This document shows positions 1 to 9,943 of a stretch of DNA of 64,000 nt, in pieces; the first letter of the stretch is position 1, and every line of letters starts with the position of its first letter. A model generated the notes under the pieces. The model saw only the letters and a program-made list of their open reading frames with translations. It searched no databases and was not told the DNA's origin. The stretch is taken from NCBI GenBank assembly GCA_963705505.1, contig CAVPJU010000010.1, forward strand, positions 672,001 to 736,000. Direction: 5' to 3'. This DNA is from an uncultured bacterium. Lineage in GTDB: Bacteria; Desulfobacterota_D; UBA1144; Nemesobacterales; UBA2774. The position numbers and the translations under genes are program-made.

Positions 1-1090
1 TGATCTTATCCGCAAGAATCGTATTTCTTAATGAAGCTACAACGGATACGTTGTCTATGTAGAAAATGCTGAATTCGGTAACGTCCGCCTTTTTAATCAG
101 CTCGAGCTTCTGCTCGGTAATGAGCTCGTTAAAATTTACTATTACCTCGCCCGTCCTTTTGTCCACTATATCGCCGGCCGCGAATTTGTCCGTCAATTCG
201 GAGGGGTCGATCGGTATTCTTTCGATATTCGACCGCTTCAGCTTTTCAATGATGTTCCTTACGAATCTCCTCCCCTTCTTTACAACCACCTCTTTGGTGC
301 CCGGATCGACGATGTCGGCGCTCGATCTCTGGTAGGGAAGGACCTCATGATTTACTTTCTTGCTCATGCCCTTCGGCTCTATAAAAATATTCTCGACGGG
401 ATAGAAATAGTTCATTATCCCCTTGTCGTCATAACCCAGGGCTTTTAACAGCACGGTTACGAGAAACTTCTTCTTTCTGTCTATTCTGACGTGGAGAATG
501 TCTTTCGAGTCGAATTCGAAATCTATCCACCTGCCGTCGTGCGGCACTATTCTGGCCGAAAATGAAGACCTGCCTACGCCGCTGTCTTTGTTTCTCACCT
601 GGTCGAAGAACACGCCCGGGGAACGGTGCAGCTGGTTTACGATTACCCTTTCCGTCCCGTTCACGATAAATGAACCGTTCGGGGTCATGAGGGGAATCTC
701 TCCGAAATAAACCTCCTGCTCCTTTACATCCCTGATCGTGCGCTCCTCGCTGGATTCCGTATCCCAGATAACGAGACGGAAGGTCACGTAAAGGGGCGCT
801 ACGTATGTGTACCCCTTAAGCCTGCATTCCTGAGCCTCATACTTGGGCCTGTCAAAACGGTAGGCTATGTATTCGAGCGAGGCTTTTTCGTTGTAATCCT
901 CTATCGGAAAAACCGTCTTGAACGCATTGTGAAGACCGATGTCCTTAAGGTCCTCCTGCTTGGTATCAGCTTGTAGAAATTCGAGGTAGGACTTGATTTG
1001 AACTTCGAGCAGGTGAGGTATTTCGAGAACAGATGGTAATTTTGAAAAACTCTTTCTTAATTTATACGTTTCTAAACCATCAAGACTCAA
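1..1090 (-). CDS. rpoB: RNA polymerase beta subunit, N-terminal part (runs off the window)
   Basis: Not in the ORF track. Manual translation from TTG at 1090 gives MSLDGLETYKLRKSFSKLPSVLEIPHLLEVQIKSY..., with later GEIPLMTPNGSFIVNGTERVIVNQLHRSPGVFF. Downstream of rplL. Confidence 0.97.
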   Translation of the reverse strand, partial: MSLDGLETYKLRKSFSKLPSVLEIPHLLEVQIKSYLEFLQADTKQEDLKDIGLHNAFKTVFPIEDYNEKASLEYIAYRFDRPKYEAQECRLKGYTYVAPLYVTFRLVIWDTESSEERTIRDVKEQEVYFGEIPLMTPNGSFIVNGTERVIVNQLHRSPGVFFDQVRNKDSGVGRSSFSARIVPHDGRWIDFEFDSKDILHVRIDRKKKFLVTVLLKALGYDDKGIMNYFYPVENIFIEPKGMSKKVNHEVLPYQRSSADIVDPGTKEVVVKKGRRFVRNIIEKLKRSNIERIPIDPSELTDKFAAGDIVDKRTGEVIVNFNELITEQKLELIKKADVTEFSIFYIDNVSVVASLRNTILADKI

Positions 1091-1337
1091 CTTGTCTTAC
1101 CCCCCGTATATGTTTTATAAATCTCACTCAAACGCCTTTTACGGCAAACCGCCGGACGGCGGGCACACCGCCTCTATGTAAATCTTATTAAGCATTCCCT
1201 TTACATAGACTCGGTTTTCTATCTGAAAAAAAGACATATTAACGAGATAGAAACAAGGTCGGAAATAAGGCTTCAAAAGTCAGATAACCAATTCATGAGT
1301 GTAAACATAATATTATACCTGACTTTGAGCCAAACGC

Positions 1338-1733
1338 TTAATTGATTTCGACTTGCGCGCCGGCCTCTTCAAGCTTTTTCTTAATGTTTTCCGCTTCCTG
1401 TTTATCCACGCCTTCTTTGACGGGTTTAGGGGCTCCCTCGACAAGGTCCTTCGCTTCTTTCAGACCGAGCGACGTAACTTCCCTAACGGCTTTAATAACT
1501 TGAATCTTATTGCCGCCCGCAACTTTCAGGATTACATTAAACTCGGTTTGCTCGACCTGCTCCGCCTGAGCCTCACCCCCGGCTCCCGCACCCGGCATGG
1601 CGGCTACCGCTAGTTGGGGGGCTGCTGCTTTCACATCGAATTTAACCTCGATCTCCTTGATCAACTCCGAAATTTCAAGCATGCTCGCCTTTTCAAGATA
1701 CGTAATAACATCTGCCCTCGTTATATCAGACAT
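1338..1733 (-). CDS. rplL: 50S ribosomal protein L7/L12
   Basis: [24 protein letters not shown] motif; Ala-rich hinge. Confidence 0.98.
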   Translation of the reverse strand: MSDITRADVITYLEKASMLEISELIKEIEVKFDVKAAAPQLAVAAMPGAGAGGEAQAEQVEQTEFNVILKVAGGNKIQVIKAVREVTSLGLKEAKDLVEGAPKPVKEGVDKQEAENIKKKLEEAGAQVEIN

Positions 1734-1785
1734 AATTCAAAAACCTCCTTAAATGATATGAAAATCCCTTAATGCACCGTATATA

Positions 1786-2316
1786 TTATTTATTTTCCTT
1801 TTCTTTTTCGTCCTTCAGAGCATTCAACGCGTAAATGAGCTTGCTCTGGAGCTGATTGAGCGTCCCCAGGAAGTTGGAAACCGGGCTCTTGAGCAGTCCC
1901 AGAAACTGTGCGATGAGCTCCTGCCTCGACGGAAGCTTGGAGAGATCGGAAATCTGGCCCTCCCCGATTACGCTGCCCTCTACTATGCCCCCCTTAATTT
2001 TAAGAAGGGGGAGTTTCTTTAGCGATTCGACGAACACCTTGGCAACAGCAGTGGGATCCTTCTCACAGATCGCAACCGCCGTGGGTCCGTCGAACAAATC
2101 ATTAATTTGCTCTATTTTCGTATCCTTAGCGGCTATCCTGAGAAGAGTGTTCTTAACGACTTTCAGCTGGGCGTCCGCCTTCCTGAGATTCGCCCGGAGG
2201 GATTCCAGTTCTTTAACGGTCAGCCCCTTATACTCGACCACCATCACCGAAGGGTTGGCTTTGAAAACATTGTTGTATTGCGTAACTAGCTCGTTCTTAG
2301 CCGCTTTGCTCAACAT
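1786..2316 (-). CDS. rplJ: 50S ribosomal protein L10
   Basis: YKGLTV..LR, VVKNTL, LSKLPSR motifs; synteny. Confidence 0.97.
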   Translation of the reverse strand: MLSKAAKNELVTQYNNVFKANPSVMVVEYKGLTVKELESLRANLRKADAQLKVVKNTLLRIAAKDTKIEQINDLFDGPTAVAICEKDPTAVAKVFVESLKKLPLLKIKGGIVEGSVIGEGQISDLSKLPSRQELIAQFLGLLKSPVSNFLGTLNQLQSKLIYALNALKDEKEKENK

Positions 2317-2393
2317 TTGCCCTGCTCCTTAATTGATAACGATTTCAAAAATCCTCTTCGACCTCAATTGCCGTTCTTTTTCCGGATCCCGGC

Positions 2394-3119
2394 TCACGCC
2401 GCGATCTGTAAATTTTTCAATGTGTCCCTGACATTTAAAGAATCGACCTTTATCCCGGGACCCATGGTATTCGATATCGTAATTTTCCTGACGAAAATCC
2501 CTTTTGATGAAGGCGGTTTCATTTTGAAAAGCGAATCCATGAATACGAGGAAATTCTCTTTTAATTTTTCGAAGCCGAACGATACCTTCCCTATGGGGGC
2601 ATGCACCACGCCGCCCTTGTCGTTTTTGACTTCTATCCTTCCGGCTTTCGCTTCTTTAACGGCGTGAGCTATATCAAAGGTTACAGTACCCACCTTGGGG
2701 CTCGGCATGAGGCCTCTCGGACCGAGAACCTTACCTAGCTTGGCGACCGTGCTCATCACATCGGGAGTCGCTATTGATACGTCGAACTCAAGCCAATTCT
2801 CTTTCGAAATCTTCTCTATGAGGTCTTCGAGCCCGACATGGTCGGCGCCCGCTTCCTTGGCTTCCCTTTGTTTGTCCTCTTTCGCGAACACGACTACCCT
2901 TATGTCTTTACCTATGCCGTGGGGGAGGACCATGCCGGTCCTTATCTGCTGGTTTGCCTGTCTGGGGTCAATCCCCAGCTTAACCGCGACTTCGACCGTT
3001 TCGTCGAATTTAGCCCTCTTCGTCGCTTCAATAAGCCTAATGGCGTCGTCCACATTATAGTTCATCTTGGCATCAACCGCCTTGTTAACTTCCAAATATT
3101 TTTTCCCTTTCTTTGCCAT
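2394..3119 (-). CDS. rplA: 50S ribosomal protein L1
   Basis: KFDETVE, LPHG.GK, LGPRGLMP, TMGPG. ATG at 3119; GTG at 3122 is an alternative. Confidence 0.98.
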   Translation of the reverse strand: MAKKGKKYLEVNKAVDAKMNYNVDDAIRLIEATKRAKFDETVEVAVKLGIDPRQANQQIRTGMVLPHGIGKDIRVVVFAKEDKQREAKEAGADHVGLEDLIEKISKENWLEFDVSIATPDVMSTVAKLGKVLGPRGLMPSPKVGTVTFDIAHAVKEAKAGRIEVKNDKGGVVHAPIGKVSFGFEKLKENFLVFMDSLFKMKPPSSKGIFVRKITISNTMGPGIKVDSLNVRDTLKNLQIAA

Positions 3120-3221
3120 CACATATCTCCTCGACCGCTGCCTGACTCCGTATCACTATTTCATCACTTAAAAAGCCCGCTTTGTTATTCAATGCCTTCT
3201 GCAGCATTGAATCCGTCTCCC

Positions 3222-3638
3222 CTATCCTATATCGATTCCCATGCTCCTCGCGGTGCCGGATACGATCTTTACGGCCGCGTCCAGATCGTTCGTATTCAGG
3301 TCCTGCATTTTTATCCTCGCGATTTCCTCAACCTGCGATCTCGTCAGTTTCCCGGCCTTTTTCTTCGGAGCCTCTCCCGAACCCTTCTCTATCTTCGCGG
3401 CCTTCTTCAGAAGATAGGAAACCGGAGGTGATTTGACCTCAAAAGAAAACGATTTATCCGAGTAAACCGTTACTACTACGGGAAGAATTCCCTCCATTTT
3501 CTGCGTCTGAGCATTAAAGCCTTTGCAAAACTCCATTATGTTAACACCCCTCTGACCGAGTGCCGGACCCACAGGGGGGGATGGTGTGGCTTTCCCGGCT
3601 TCAACCAGGAGTTTTACGAATCCGTCTATTTTTTTCAT
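3222..3638 (-). CDS. rplK: 50S ribosomal protein L11
   Basis: [30 protein letters not shown]. Confidence 0.98.
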   Translation of the reverse strand: MKKIDGFVKLLVEAGKATPSPPVGPALGQRGVNIMEFCKGFNAQTQKMEGILPVVVTVYSDKSFSFEVKSPPVSYLLKKAAKIEKGSGEAPKKKAGKLTRSQVEEIARIKMQDLNTNDLDAAVKIVSGTARSMGIDIG

Positions 3639-3639
3639 A

Positions 3640-4197
3640 TTAAATCTTCTCCACTTGATTAAAATCGAGTTCTATAGGCGTTGTTCTGCCGAATATCGTC
3701 ACCAGTACCTGGACCTTCGCTTTATCCGGTCTCACTTCCTCGATTACACCGGAAAAATTGGCAAACGGCCCCTCGATTACCTTCACGGTTTCTCCCCTGT
3801 CAAACGTGACCTTCGGCTTGGGTTTTAACGTACCTTCTTCTATTTGTTTCTTTATCTTGAGGACTTCCGGCTCATGTATGTCCGGCACCGAGTCCGGATC
3901 GATCCTGCCGTCCTTAAGCTTGCCGCCGACAAAACCAATGACTTTCGGAATATTCCTTATGAAATGCCAGCTTTTATCGTTGAGCTCCATCTTTATCAAT
4001 ATATAGCCCGGGAAGAATTTTCTGACCGATGTCTTTTTTTTCCCTCCCTTGACCGGCTCTACTATGGTCTCGGTAGGGACCAGAACCTCGAGGACCAGAT
4101 CATCGACCCCTTCCATCTTTGCCCTGTCCTCAATATAGGATTTCACCCTGTCTTCGAATCCCGTATTGGTATGTACCACGTACCATCTTTTAGCCAT
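3640..4197 (-). CDS. nusG: Transcription elongation factor NusG
   Basis: WYVVHT, FFPGYIL, KOW domain ([15 protein letters not shown]). Confidence 0.97.
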   Translation of the reverse strand: MAKRWYVVHTNTGFEDRVKSYIEDRAKMEGVDDLVLEVLVPTETIVEPVKGGKKKTSVRKFFPGYILIKMELNDKSWHFIRNIPKVIGFVGGKLKDGRIDPDSVPDIHEPEVLKIKKQIEEGTLKPKPKVTFDRGETVKVIEGPFANFSGVIEEVRPDKAKVQVLVTIFGRTTPIELDFNQVEKI

Positions 4198-4223
4198 AAA
4201 AAATCATTCTCTCCGTATATCTG

Positions 4224-4427
4224 TTAACTGAGTATGAGCCTGACCATCCACGAGAACACATAATCCACAAGCCCCAAAAAAGAGGCAAAAATAGTGGAAA
4301 TTACGACAACAGCCAGGGTCGATTTGATCGTCTCCTGTCTTGACGGCCAGGTTATACGCTTTGCCTCGCTCTCGATATCCCTTGCGAACTGAGCCGCATC
4401 CGTATTTAATTTTCTTAATCTGTCCAT
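4224..4427 (-). CDS. secE: Preprotein translocase subunit SecE
   Basis: EAKRITWPSRQE plus one TM helix; between tRNA-Trp and nusG. Confidence 0.95.
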   Translation of the reverse strand: MDRLRKLNTDAAQFARDIESEAKRITWPSRQETIKSTLAVVVISTIFASFLGLVDYVFSWMVRLILS

Positions 4428-4442
4428 TAAGGTTTCCTAATT

Positions 4443-4516
4443 CAGGGCAGGAGGGAATCGAACCCCCAACCGCTGGATTTGGAGTCCAGTGCTCTCCCTA
4501 ATTGAGCTACTGCCCT
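4443..4516 (-). tRNA. tRNA-Trp(CCA)
   Basis: Cloverleaf AGGGCAG...CTGGA-CT-CCA-AA-TCCAG...GGTTCGATTCC; CCA end not encoded. Confidence 0.96.
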
Positions 4517-4536
4517 ATTGAAAATTTTAAATGCAC

Positions 4537-4695
4537 CTACTTCGTCTCTTTATGAACAAGATGCCGCTTGCACCATTTGCAGTACTTCTTGAGCTCGATC
4601 TTGTCCCGATGAGTCTGCTTGTTTTTCGTTGTCGAATAGTTTCTTCTCTTGCATTCTACGCACGCAAGAGCGACGACCAATATATTATCACCCAT
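4537..4695 (-). CDS. rpmG: 50S ribosomal protein L33, Zn-ribbon (C+) type
   Basis: Below the ORF-track cutoff. Manual translation: [52 protein letters not shown]. Confidence 0.96.
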   Translation of the reverse strand: MGDNILVVALACVECKRRNYSTTKNKQTHRDKIELKKYCKWCKRHLVHKETK

Positions 4696-4704
4696 AGCTC
4701 TTCA

Positions 4705-5889
4705 CTACTCCACGATTTTAGTAACAACACCTGCACCTACAGTCCTTCCGCCTTCCCTGATCGCAAACCGGAGCTGATCCTCTAACGCCACGGGCGCTAT
4801 AAGCTCAACGTCCATGTTTATGTTGTCCCCGGGCATCACCATCTCCACTCCCTCGGGAAGCACTATCGACCCCGTCACGTCCGTCGTCCTTAAATAAAAC
4901 TGAGGACGGTACCCAGGGAAAAACGGCGTATGCCTCCCACCTTCTTCCTTCTTCAACACATACACCTCCGCCTTGAACTTCTTATGCGGCGTTATGCTCC
5001 CAGGTTTTGCGAGAACCTGCCCCCTCTCAACCTCGTCCTTCCCCGTTCCCCTCAGCAGCACTCCCACGTTGTCCCCCGCATGCGCATCGTCCAGAATCTT
5101 CCTGAACATCTCAAGGCTCGTCGCCACAGTCTTTCGCGTATCCCTGAACCCCACTATCTCCACCTCGTCCCCTGCCAATATCTTCCCCCTCTCCACTCTG
5201 CCCGTCACGACCGTTCCCCTTCCAGAGATAGTGAACACGTCCTCTATCGCCATCAAAAACGGCTTGTCCATCTCCCTCACGGGCACAGGTATGTACTCGT
5301 CTATCGCTTTCATCAAATCCATTATCTGGTTCATCGCCGCCGGGTCTTCCTCAAGCGCCTTTAACGCGCTCACCCTCACCACCGGCACATCGTCCCCGGG
5401 AAACCCGTACTGGCTCAATAAATCCCTTACCTCAAGCTCCACAAGGTCCAATAGCTCTTCGTCGTCCATCATGTCCACTTTATTAAGCGCTACCACTATG
5501 TAGGGCACCCCTACCTGCCTCGCAAGCAGTATGTGCTCCCTCGTCTGGGGCATAGGACCGTCCGGTGCGCTCACTACCAATATCGCCCCGTCCATCTGCG
5601 CCGCTCCCGTTATCATGTTCTTTACGTAGTCCGCGTGCCCGGGACAGTCAACGTGCGCATAGTGCCTCTTCGGCGTCTCGTACTCCACGTGTGCTATGTT
5701 TATCGTTATGCCCCTCTCCCTCTCCTCAGGAGCCTTGTCTATCTCCGAGAACTCCACGTACTTCGCACCCCCGGACTTGCTCAATACCTTCGTTATCGCC
5801 GCCGTCAGCGTCGTCTTCCCGTGGTCCACGTGACCTATCGTCCCTATGTTTAAATGCGGCTTCCCCCGCGCAAATTTCTCCTTAGACAT
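4705..5889 (-). CDS. tuf: Elongation factor Tu
   Basis: [30 protein letters not shown]. Confidence 0.99.
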   Translation of the reverse strand: MSKEKFARGKPHLNIGTIGHVDHGKTTLTAAITKVLSKSGGAKYVEFSEIDKAPEERERGITINIAHVEYETPKRHYAHVDCPGHADYVKNMITGAAQMDGAILVVSAPDGPMPQTREHILLARQVGVPYIVVALNKVDMMDDEELLDLVELEVRDLLSQYGFPGDDVPVVRVSALKALEEDPAAMNQIMDLMKAIDEYIPVPVREMDKPFLMAIEDVFTISGRGTVVTGRVERGKILAGDEVEIVGFRDTRKTVATSLEMFRKILDDAHAGDNVGVLLRGTGKDEVERGQVLAKPGSITPHKKFKAEVYVLKKEEGGRHTPFFPGYRPQFYLRTTDVTGSIVLPEGVEMVMPGDNINMDVELIAPVALEDQLRFAIREGGRTVGAGVVTKIVE

Positions 5890-5941
5890 CTCCTGTTACT
5901 ACCTCCTTAATGGATTGAAGAACAAGTTTTCATGCACCACA

Positions 5942-6017
5942 TGGAGCCCACGAGCGGATTCGAACCGCTGACCTCATCCTTACCAAGGATGTGCTCTGCC
6001 GACTGAGCTACGTGGGC
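5942..6017 (-). tRNA. tRNA-Thr(GGT)
   Basis: GCCCACGTAGCTCAG...ATCCT-T-GGT-AAGGAT...GGTTCGAATCC...CCA. Confidence 0.97.
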
Positions 6018-6030
6018 AAAGAAAGCCATG

Positions 6031-6104
6031 AGCGGGAGACGGGATTCGAACCCGCGACCCTCAGCTTGGAAGGCTGATGCTCTAGCCAACTGAGCTACTC
6101 CCGC
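6031..6104 (-). tRNA. tRNA-Gly(TCC)
   Basis: GCGGGAGTAGCTCAG...CAGCCTTCCAAGCTG...GGTTCGAATCCC. Confidence 0.97.
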
Positions 6105-6183
6105 TTTAATAGCATTGCAGCCTGCCTTGAGCTTATTCATTGTTAAAATAAACCGATAAAATTTATTCCCGTCATCAATGCAC

Positions 6184-6266
6184 TGGGGAGGGCAGGATTC
6201 GAACCTACGTAGGCTTGCACCGGCAGATTTACAGTCTGCTGCTTTTGACCGCTCAGCCACCTCCCC
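6184..6266 (-). tRNA. tRNA-Tyr(GTA)
   Basis: GGGGAGG...GCAGACTGTAAATCTGC, long variable arm, GGTTCGAATCC. Confidence 0.96.
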
Positions 6267-6313
6267 TCCGATAAAATTGCATACAACTCTCTCTAATTGC
6301 AACATTTTTCCGA

Positions 6314-6388
6314 TGGAGCTGGCGAAGGGATTTGAACCCCCGGCCTGCTGATTACAAATCAGCTGCTCTTCCACTGAGCTACGCCAGC
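6314..6388 (-). tRNA. tRNA-Thr(TGT)
   Basis: GCTGGCGTAGCTCAG...CTGATTTGTAATCAG...GGTTCAAATCC...CCA. Confidence 0.97.
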
Positions 6389-6469
6389 TTATAAAGAATC
6401 GATAATTTCTATGGATTCTCCATTAATATGAAATTAGATAGAATTCACCCGAATATATGGAATCACGGT

Positions 6470-6499
6470 ATTGTAACACAATAAACCGAATACTGTCAA
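6470..6499 (-). promoter_or_regulatory. Sigma70 promoter of the tRNA-tuf operon
   Basis: TTGACA-N18-TACAAT with an extended TG, upstream of tRNA-Thr(TGT). Confidence 0.7.
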
Positions 6500-6523
6500 G
6501 GTAAAGAATTGATTTTACATAAA

Positions 6524-7000
6524 TTAATAGAGGGACACCATAATTTCCGCCTCTGCAACTATTGAGCCTCCCACACTGGCTTCCCCGGTGAAGATTATGA
6601 TCTTCGAGCGTCTCTTCAATATCCTCACATCCAACTGCATAATGTCGTTCGGATATACTGCTTTCCTGAAACGCACTTTTTCAAGCCCCGCAAGGTAAGC
6701 CCCCGATTGTCCTTTGGATTTTAGTTCCTCGGTGAACGATAAGTTATAAAGGACTCCGCCCGCCTGAGCCAGCGCCTCGACTATAATCACGCCGGGAACA
6801 ATCGGATTTCCGGGGAAATGGCCTCTGAAAAACACCTCGCCGGGACTGAATTTCTTGACCGCAAGGATTCTCGACCCGTATTCCAGCTCCAGAACCTCAT
6901 CGACGAAGAGAAACGGCTCCCTGTGAGGAATACAATTCTTGATAGACTCTCTATCAATCAAAATTACATTGCTCCCGTGAGTACGAATGCCGTTAGACAT
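6524..7000 (-). CDS. fabZ: 3-hydroxyacyl-ACP dehydratase FabZ
   Basis: IPHREPFLFVD, FFRGHFPGNPIVPGV..EALAQ. Start is ATG 7000 or GTG 7003. Confidence 0.95.
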   Translation of the reverse strand: MSNGIRTHGSNVILIDRESIKNCIPHREPFLFVDEVLELEYGSRILAVKKFSPGEVFFRGHFPGNPIVPGVIIVEALAQAGGVLYNLSFTEELKSKGQSGAYLAGLEKVRFRKAVYPNDIMQLDVRILKRRSKIIIFTGEASVGGSIVAEAEIMVSLY

Positions 7001-7002
7001 CA

Positions 7003-7509
7003 CTACTTGGCGTCATAAGCCTGTATAACCTGTTGAGTTATATCTATTGCCGGGATTGCGTATATGACACCGCCCTCGGTCTTTTCAATTATGAGCGTAT
7101 AGCCGCCGGACTTGCCGATTGACTGAAGTATTCCATCGAGATCCTTCAATATTTTTTCCAAAAGCTCGTAATCCCTCTTCTGGAGCTCATCCCTGAAATC
7201 GGCTCTCGACCTCTGAAGCTCTTTGTCGAGCTGGTCGATCTGCTCGGCCTTTTGTTTCCTAGTTACTTCGTTCATCACGGGGCCGTTTTGAATAAACTCA
7301 TTTTTCATCGCTTCGAGCTGGGAGCTCTTACTCTCAATGATCTGCTGCTTTTGTTTGAACTCGGCTTCGAATGCGGACTTTGCAGCCTTACCCGCTTTCG
7401 AATTCGCTATAACCATCTGTAAATCTATAATCCCTATCTTGTTTTCCTGCGAATAGGAAAAAACGGGAGTCAGAAGCAACAAACCAAATACAAGTAAAAA
7501 TAATCTCAT
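7003..7509 (-). CDS. skp: Periplasmic chaperone Skp/OmpH
   Basis: Signal peptide, KIGIID, coiled coil, C-terminal DITQQVI; downstream of bamA. Confidence 0.92.
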   Translation of the reverse strand: MRLFLLVFGLLLLTPVFSYSQENKIGIIDLQMVIANSKAGKAAKSAFEAEFKQKQQIIESKSSQLEAMKNEFIQNGPVMNEVTRKQKAEQIDQLDKELQRSRADFRDELQKRDYELLEKILKDLDGILQSIGKSGGYTLIIEKTEGGVIYAIPAIDITQQVIQAYDAK

Positions 7510-7528
7510 TTCTTTACCTCCTCGAATG

Positions 7529-9943
7529 TTAAAATAATGTTCCTACAGTAAACTGAATTTCATAAGAATCTTCTCCGGGCAGCTTGTTCCCGAGCGGGAA
7601 CCCGACTTCGAGTCTGAGCGGTCCCAGCGGCGACACCCACCTTATACCGAAACCCACGTCCTTCCTCAGATCGACAGGGTTTAAAGTCACATCCTGCCCG
7701 TCGTTAAACGCATCTCCCATATCGAAGAAAACCGCCCCCCTCAAGCCGACCGACGGCATCAAAGGAAAGATGTAGTCAACCGAGAACAGCAGCTCCTGAA
7801 CGCCGCCGATTATAACGAAACTGCCGTCGGCGGAGGGAACCCTGGGGCCCACCCTTCTGAAGCCGTAGCCTCTCAGAGAATTCGGCCCTCCGAGGAAGAA
7901 CCTCTCTCCCACGACGAGGTTGCTCCCGTTATTTATGAAATCGATAATTCCGTAAGTACCTCTCACGGTCAATACCGTACTGAGCCACAGAGGAAACCAT
8001 TGCCTCGATGATACAGTATATTTAATAAATTCCGTATTACCACCCAGCGGCCCCCCGGCAAATTCGACATTCGTTTCGCTCAGGTTTCCGGCGCTGGGAT
8101 CGAGGAGATTATTTCTCGAATCCCACACAAAACCCAAACCGACGCTGCTGATGTTTTCTTTCGACCTGGTAATAATAAGTCTTGCGTTCTCGTCTATATC
8201 TCCGATTTTCACATGTTCATATCTGTAGGTGGCATTGCCGCTCAGGTATCTCCACAGCAGCCTTCCGAAGGTCAAACTCCCGCCGTACGAATTCCGGTCA
8301 AAATCCCTGTACTGCCTGTCCGTCCTGAACAGGAGGGCATCGAGAGTCCAGTTTGTATCTAACAGGTGAGGGTCCTGATATTGCACATAAAAGAGCTGCG
8401 TTACTCCGCCTATCTGGGCGTTTAACGTGAGCCTCTTCCCGTATCCGAAAAGATTTGCTTCCTGGATCTGACCCGCGAAAATAAACGTCTCGACGGAGCT
8501 GAAACCACCGGCGATGCTGAAAAACCCTGTGGGCTTCTCCTCGACCTTTACCTTAACATCCAGCTGATCCGTGGTGCCCGGCACACGCTCCGTGGCGACT
8601 TCCACGTTATTCTCAAAAAACCCGAGCCTCGTAACCCTAGACTTAATAGCCTGAACCTCGGTCGCGTTAAAGAGCTGATCTTCCTCTATGGCTATTTCCC
8701 TTCTTATAACCTTATCCCTCGTCCTGACATTGCCTACGATATCTATTTGCCGCACATAAACTTCGGGCCCCTTTTCAATTTTGAACCGAACATCGACCGT
8801 CAGCTTCTGCCTGTCGAGCTTGAATCCGGGCTCCACGTTAGCGAACGCATAACCCTTGTCGCCGTAGAATGTCGTAAGCCCCGATATATCCGCAGCGAGG
8901 AAACTGCCTCTGAATATCTCCCCGCTTTTAAGCTTAAGGAGCGCCCTGAGCTGATCCTCCGGCACTACTAAATCCCCAACGAACGCAATCTGATCGACCT
9001 TGTACTGGTTGCCCTCGTCTATTTTAAACGTAATAATATAACCCTTTTTTTTATCGTCATATACTATTTCAGGCTTGCTGACCTTTACGTCTAGGAACCC
9101 GTTATCGATATAAGTAGTCCTTATCCTCTCCGTATCGTTGTCGACCTCCTGAGGGTTGTAGAGGCCCTTTTTCGAAAGAAAGGAAAACATCCCTTTGGGT
9201 TTCGAGTATAAGCCCTTTTTTATTATTTTCGTCTTCAGTTTTTCATTGCCGACGAAGACGACTTGCTTTATGTAGGCCTTCTTGCCCTCCTTTATGTCGA
9301 ATGTAACGCTTACAGTCCCTTCCCCCTCGGGCTCGATGCTGTAATCCACTACAGTTCCCACAAGACCGCTCTGGGCATAGAGGGCGCTTATGGCTTCCTG
9401 GCTTTTCTTCACTTTACTGAGGTCGATAATCCGGCCTTCCTTAACGTCGGTGACCTCGAGTATCTTATCGCTCTTTATGTCTTTATTCCCCCTGATTCTC
9501 AGGTCAGAGACAACGGGCTTTTCCTTAACCTTATAAACCAGGATTATCCCTTCGGGTGTCTTTTCGGTCTCGGCTGTCACATCTTCGAAGAATCCCAGCT
9601 TGTAAAGCCTCTTGATATCGTCCCTCACGGTCGCGGTCGACAGGGGCTCCCCTACCTTTGAGGAGATATTCAGCCCTATGAGCTCCGTTTCCACACGAAG
9701 GTTGCCCTCTATTTTTATCTGGACCACATTGACCTGTCCCTGGACCTGTCCCTGATTCCCGGGTGTTTGCGCGCCTGCCCCGTTTTCAACCGCCCCGCTC
9801 TCCGGTTTCTTGACTGCGTCCGACGCGGAGGGTGCATTATCAGCCGCGTCCTGTCCGAAAGATATCTCGCAGCAAATGGAAGTCAGAAGGAGCAGCAGCG
9901 CAGCCGCAAAAGCGGCTCTACATACCCGGAAGTTAATTGACAT
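7529..9943 (-). CDS. bamA: Outer membrane protein assembly factor BamA
   Basis: POTRA repeats, LRGY(G/F) motif, W.SPLGPLRL, C-terminal Phe. Start uncertain (9943 or 9958). Confidence 0.95.
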   Translation of the reverse strand: MSINFRVCRAAFAAALLLLLTSICCEISFGQDAADNAPSASDAVKKPESGAVENGAGAQTPGNQGQVQGQVNVVQIKIEGNLRVETELIGLNISSKVGEPLSTATVRDDIKRLYKLGFFEDVTAETEKTPEGIILVYKVKEKPVVSDLRIRGNKDIKSDKILEVTDVKEGRIIDLSKVKKSQEAISALYAQSGLVGTVVDYSIEPEGEGTVSVTFDIKEGKKAYIKQVVFVGNEKLKTKIIKKGLYSKPKGMFSFLSKKGLYNPQEVDNDTERIRTTYIDNGFLDVKVSKPEIVYDDKKKGYIITFKIDEGNQYKVDQIAFVGDLVVPEDQLRALLKLKSGEIFRGSFLAADISGLTTFYGDKGYAFANVEPGFKLDRQKLTVDVRFKIEKGPEVYVRQIDIVGNVRTRDKVIRREIAIEEDQLFNATEVQAIKSRVTRLGFFENNVEVATERVPGTTDQLDVKVKVEEKPTGFFSIAGGFSSVETFIFAGQIQEANLFGYGKRLTLNAQIGGVTQLFYVQYQDPHLLDTNWTLDALLFRTDRQYRDFDRNSYGGSLTFGRLLWRYLSGNATYRYEHVKIGDIDENARLIITRSKENISSVGLGFVWDSRNNLLDPSAGNLSETNVEFAGGPLGGNTEFIKYTVSSRQWFPLWLSTVLTVRGTYGIIDFINNGSNLVVGERFFLGGPNSLRGYGFRRVGPRVPSADGSFVIIGGVQELLFSVDYIFPLMPSVGLRGAVFFDMGDAFNDGQDVTLNPVDLRKDVGFGIRWVSPLGPLRLEVGFPLGNKLPGEDSYEIQFTVGTLF

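Noticed and set aside
3187..3212. ATTCAATGC/GCATTGAAT hairpin between rplK and rplA as an L1-binding site
   Set aside because: The hairpin is real but lacks the recognisable L1 internal-loop motif; function cannot be assigned
5907..6374. 155-aa ORF upstream of tuf
   Set aside because: It runs through four tRNA genes; spurious translation
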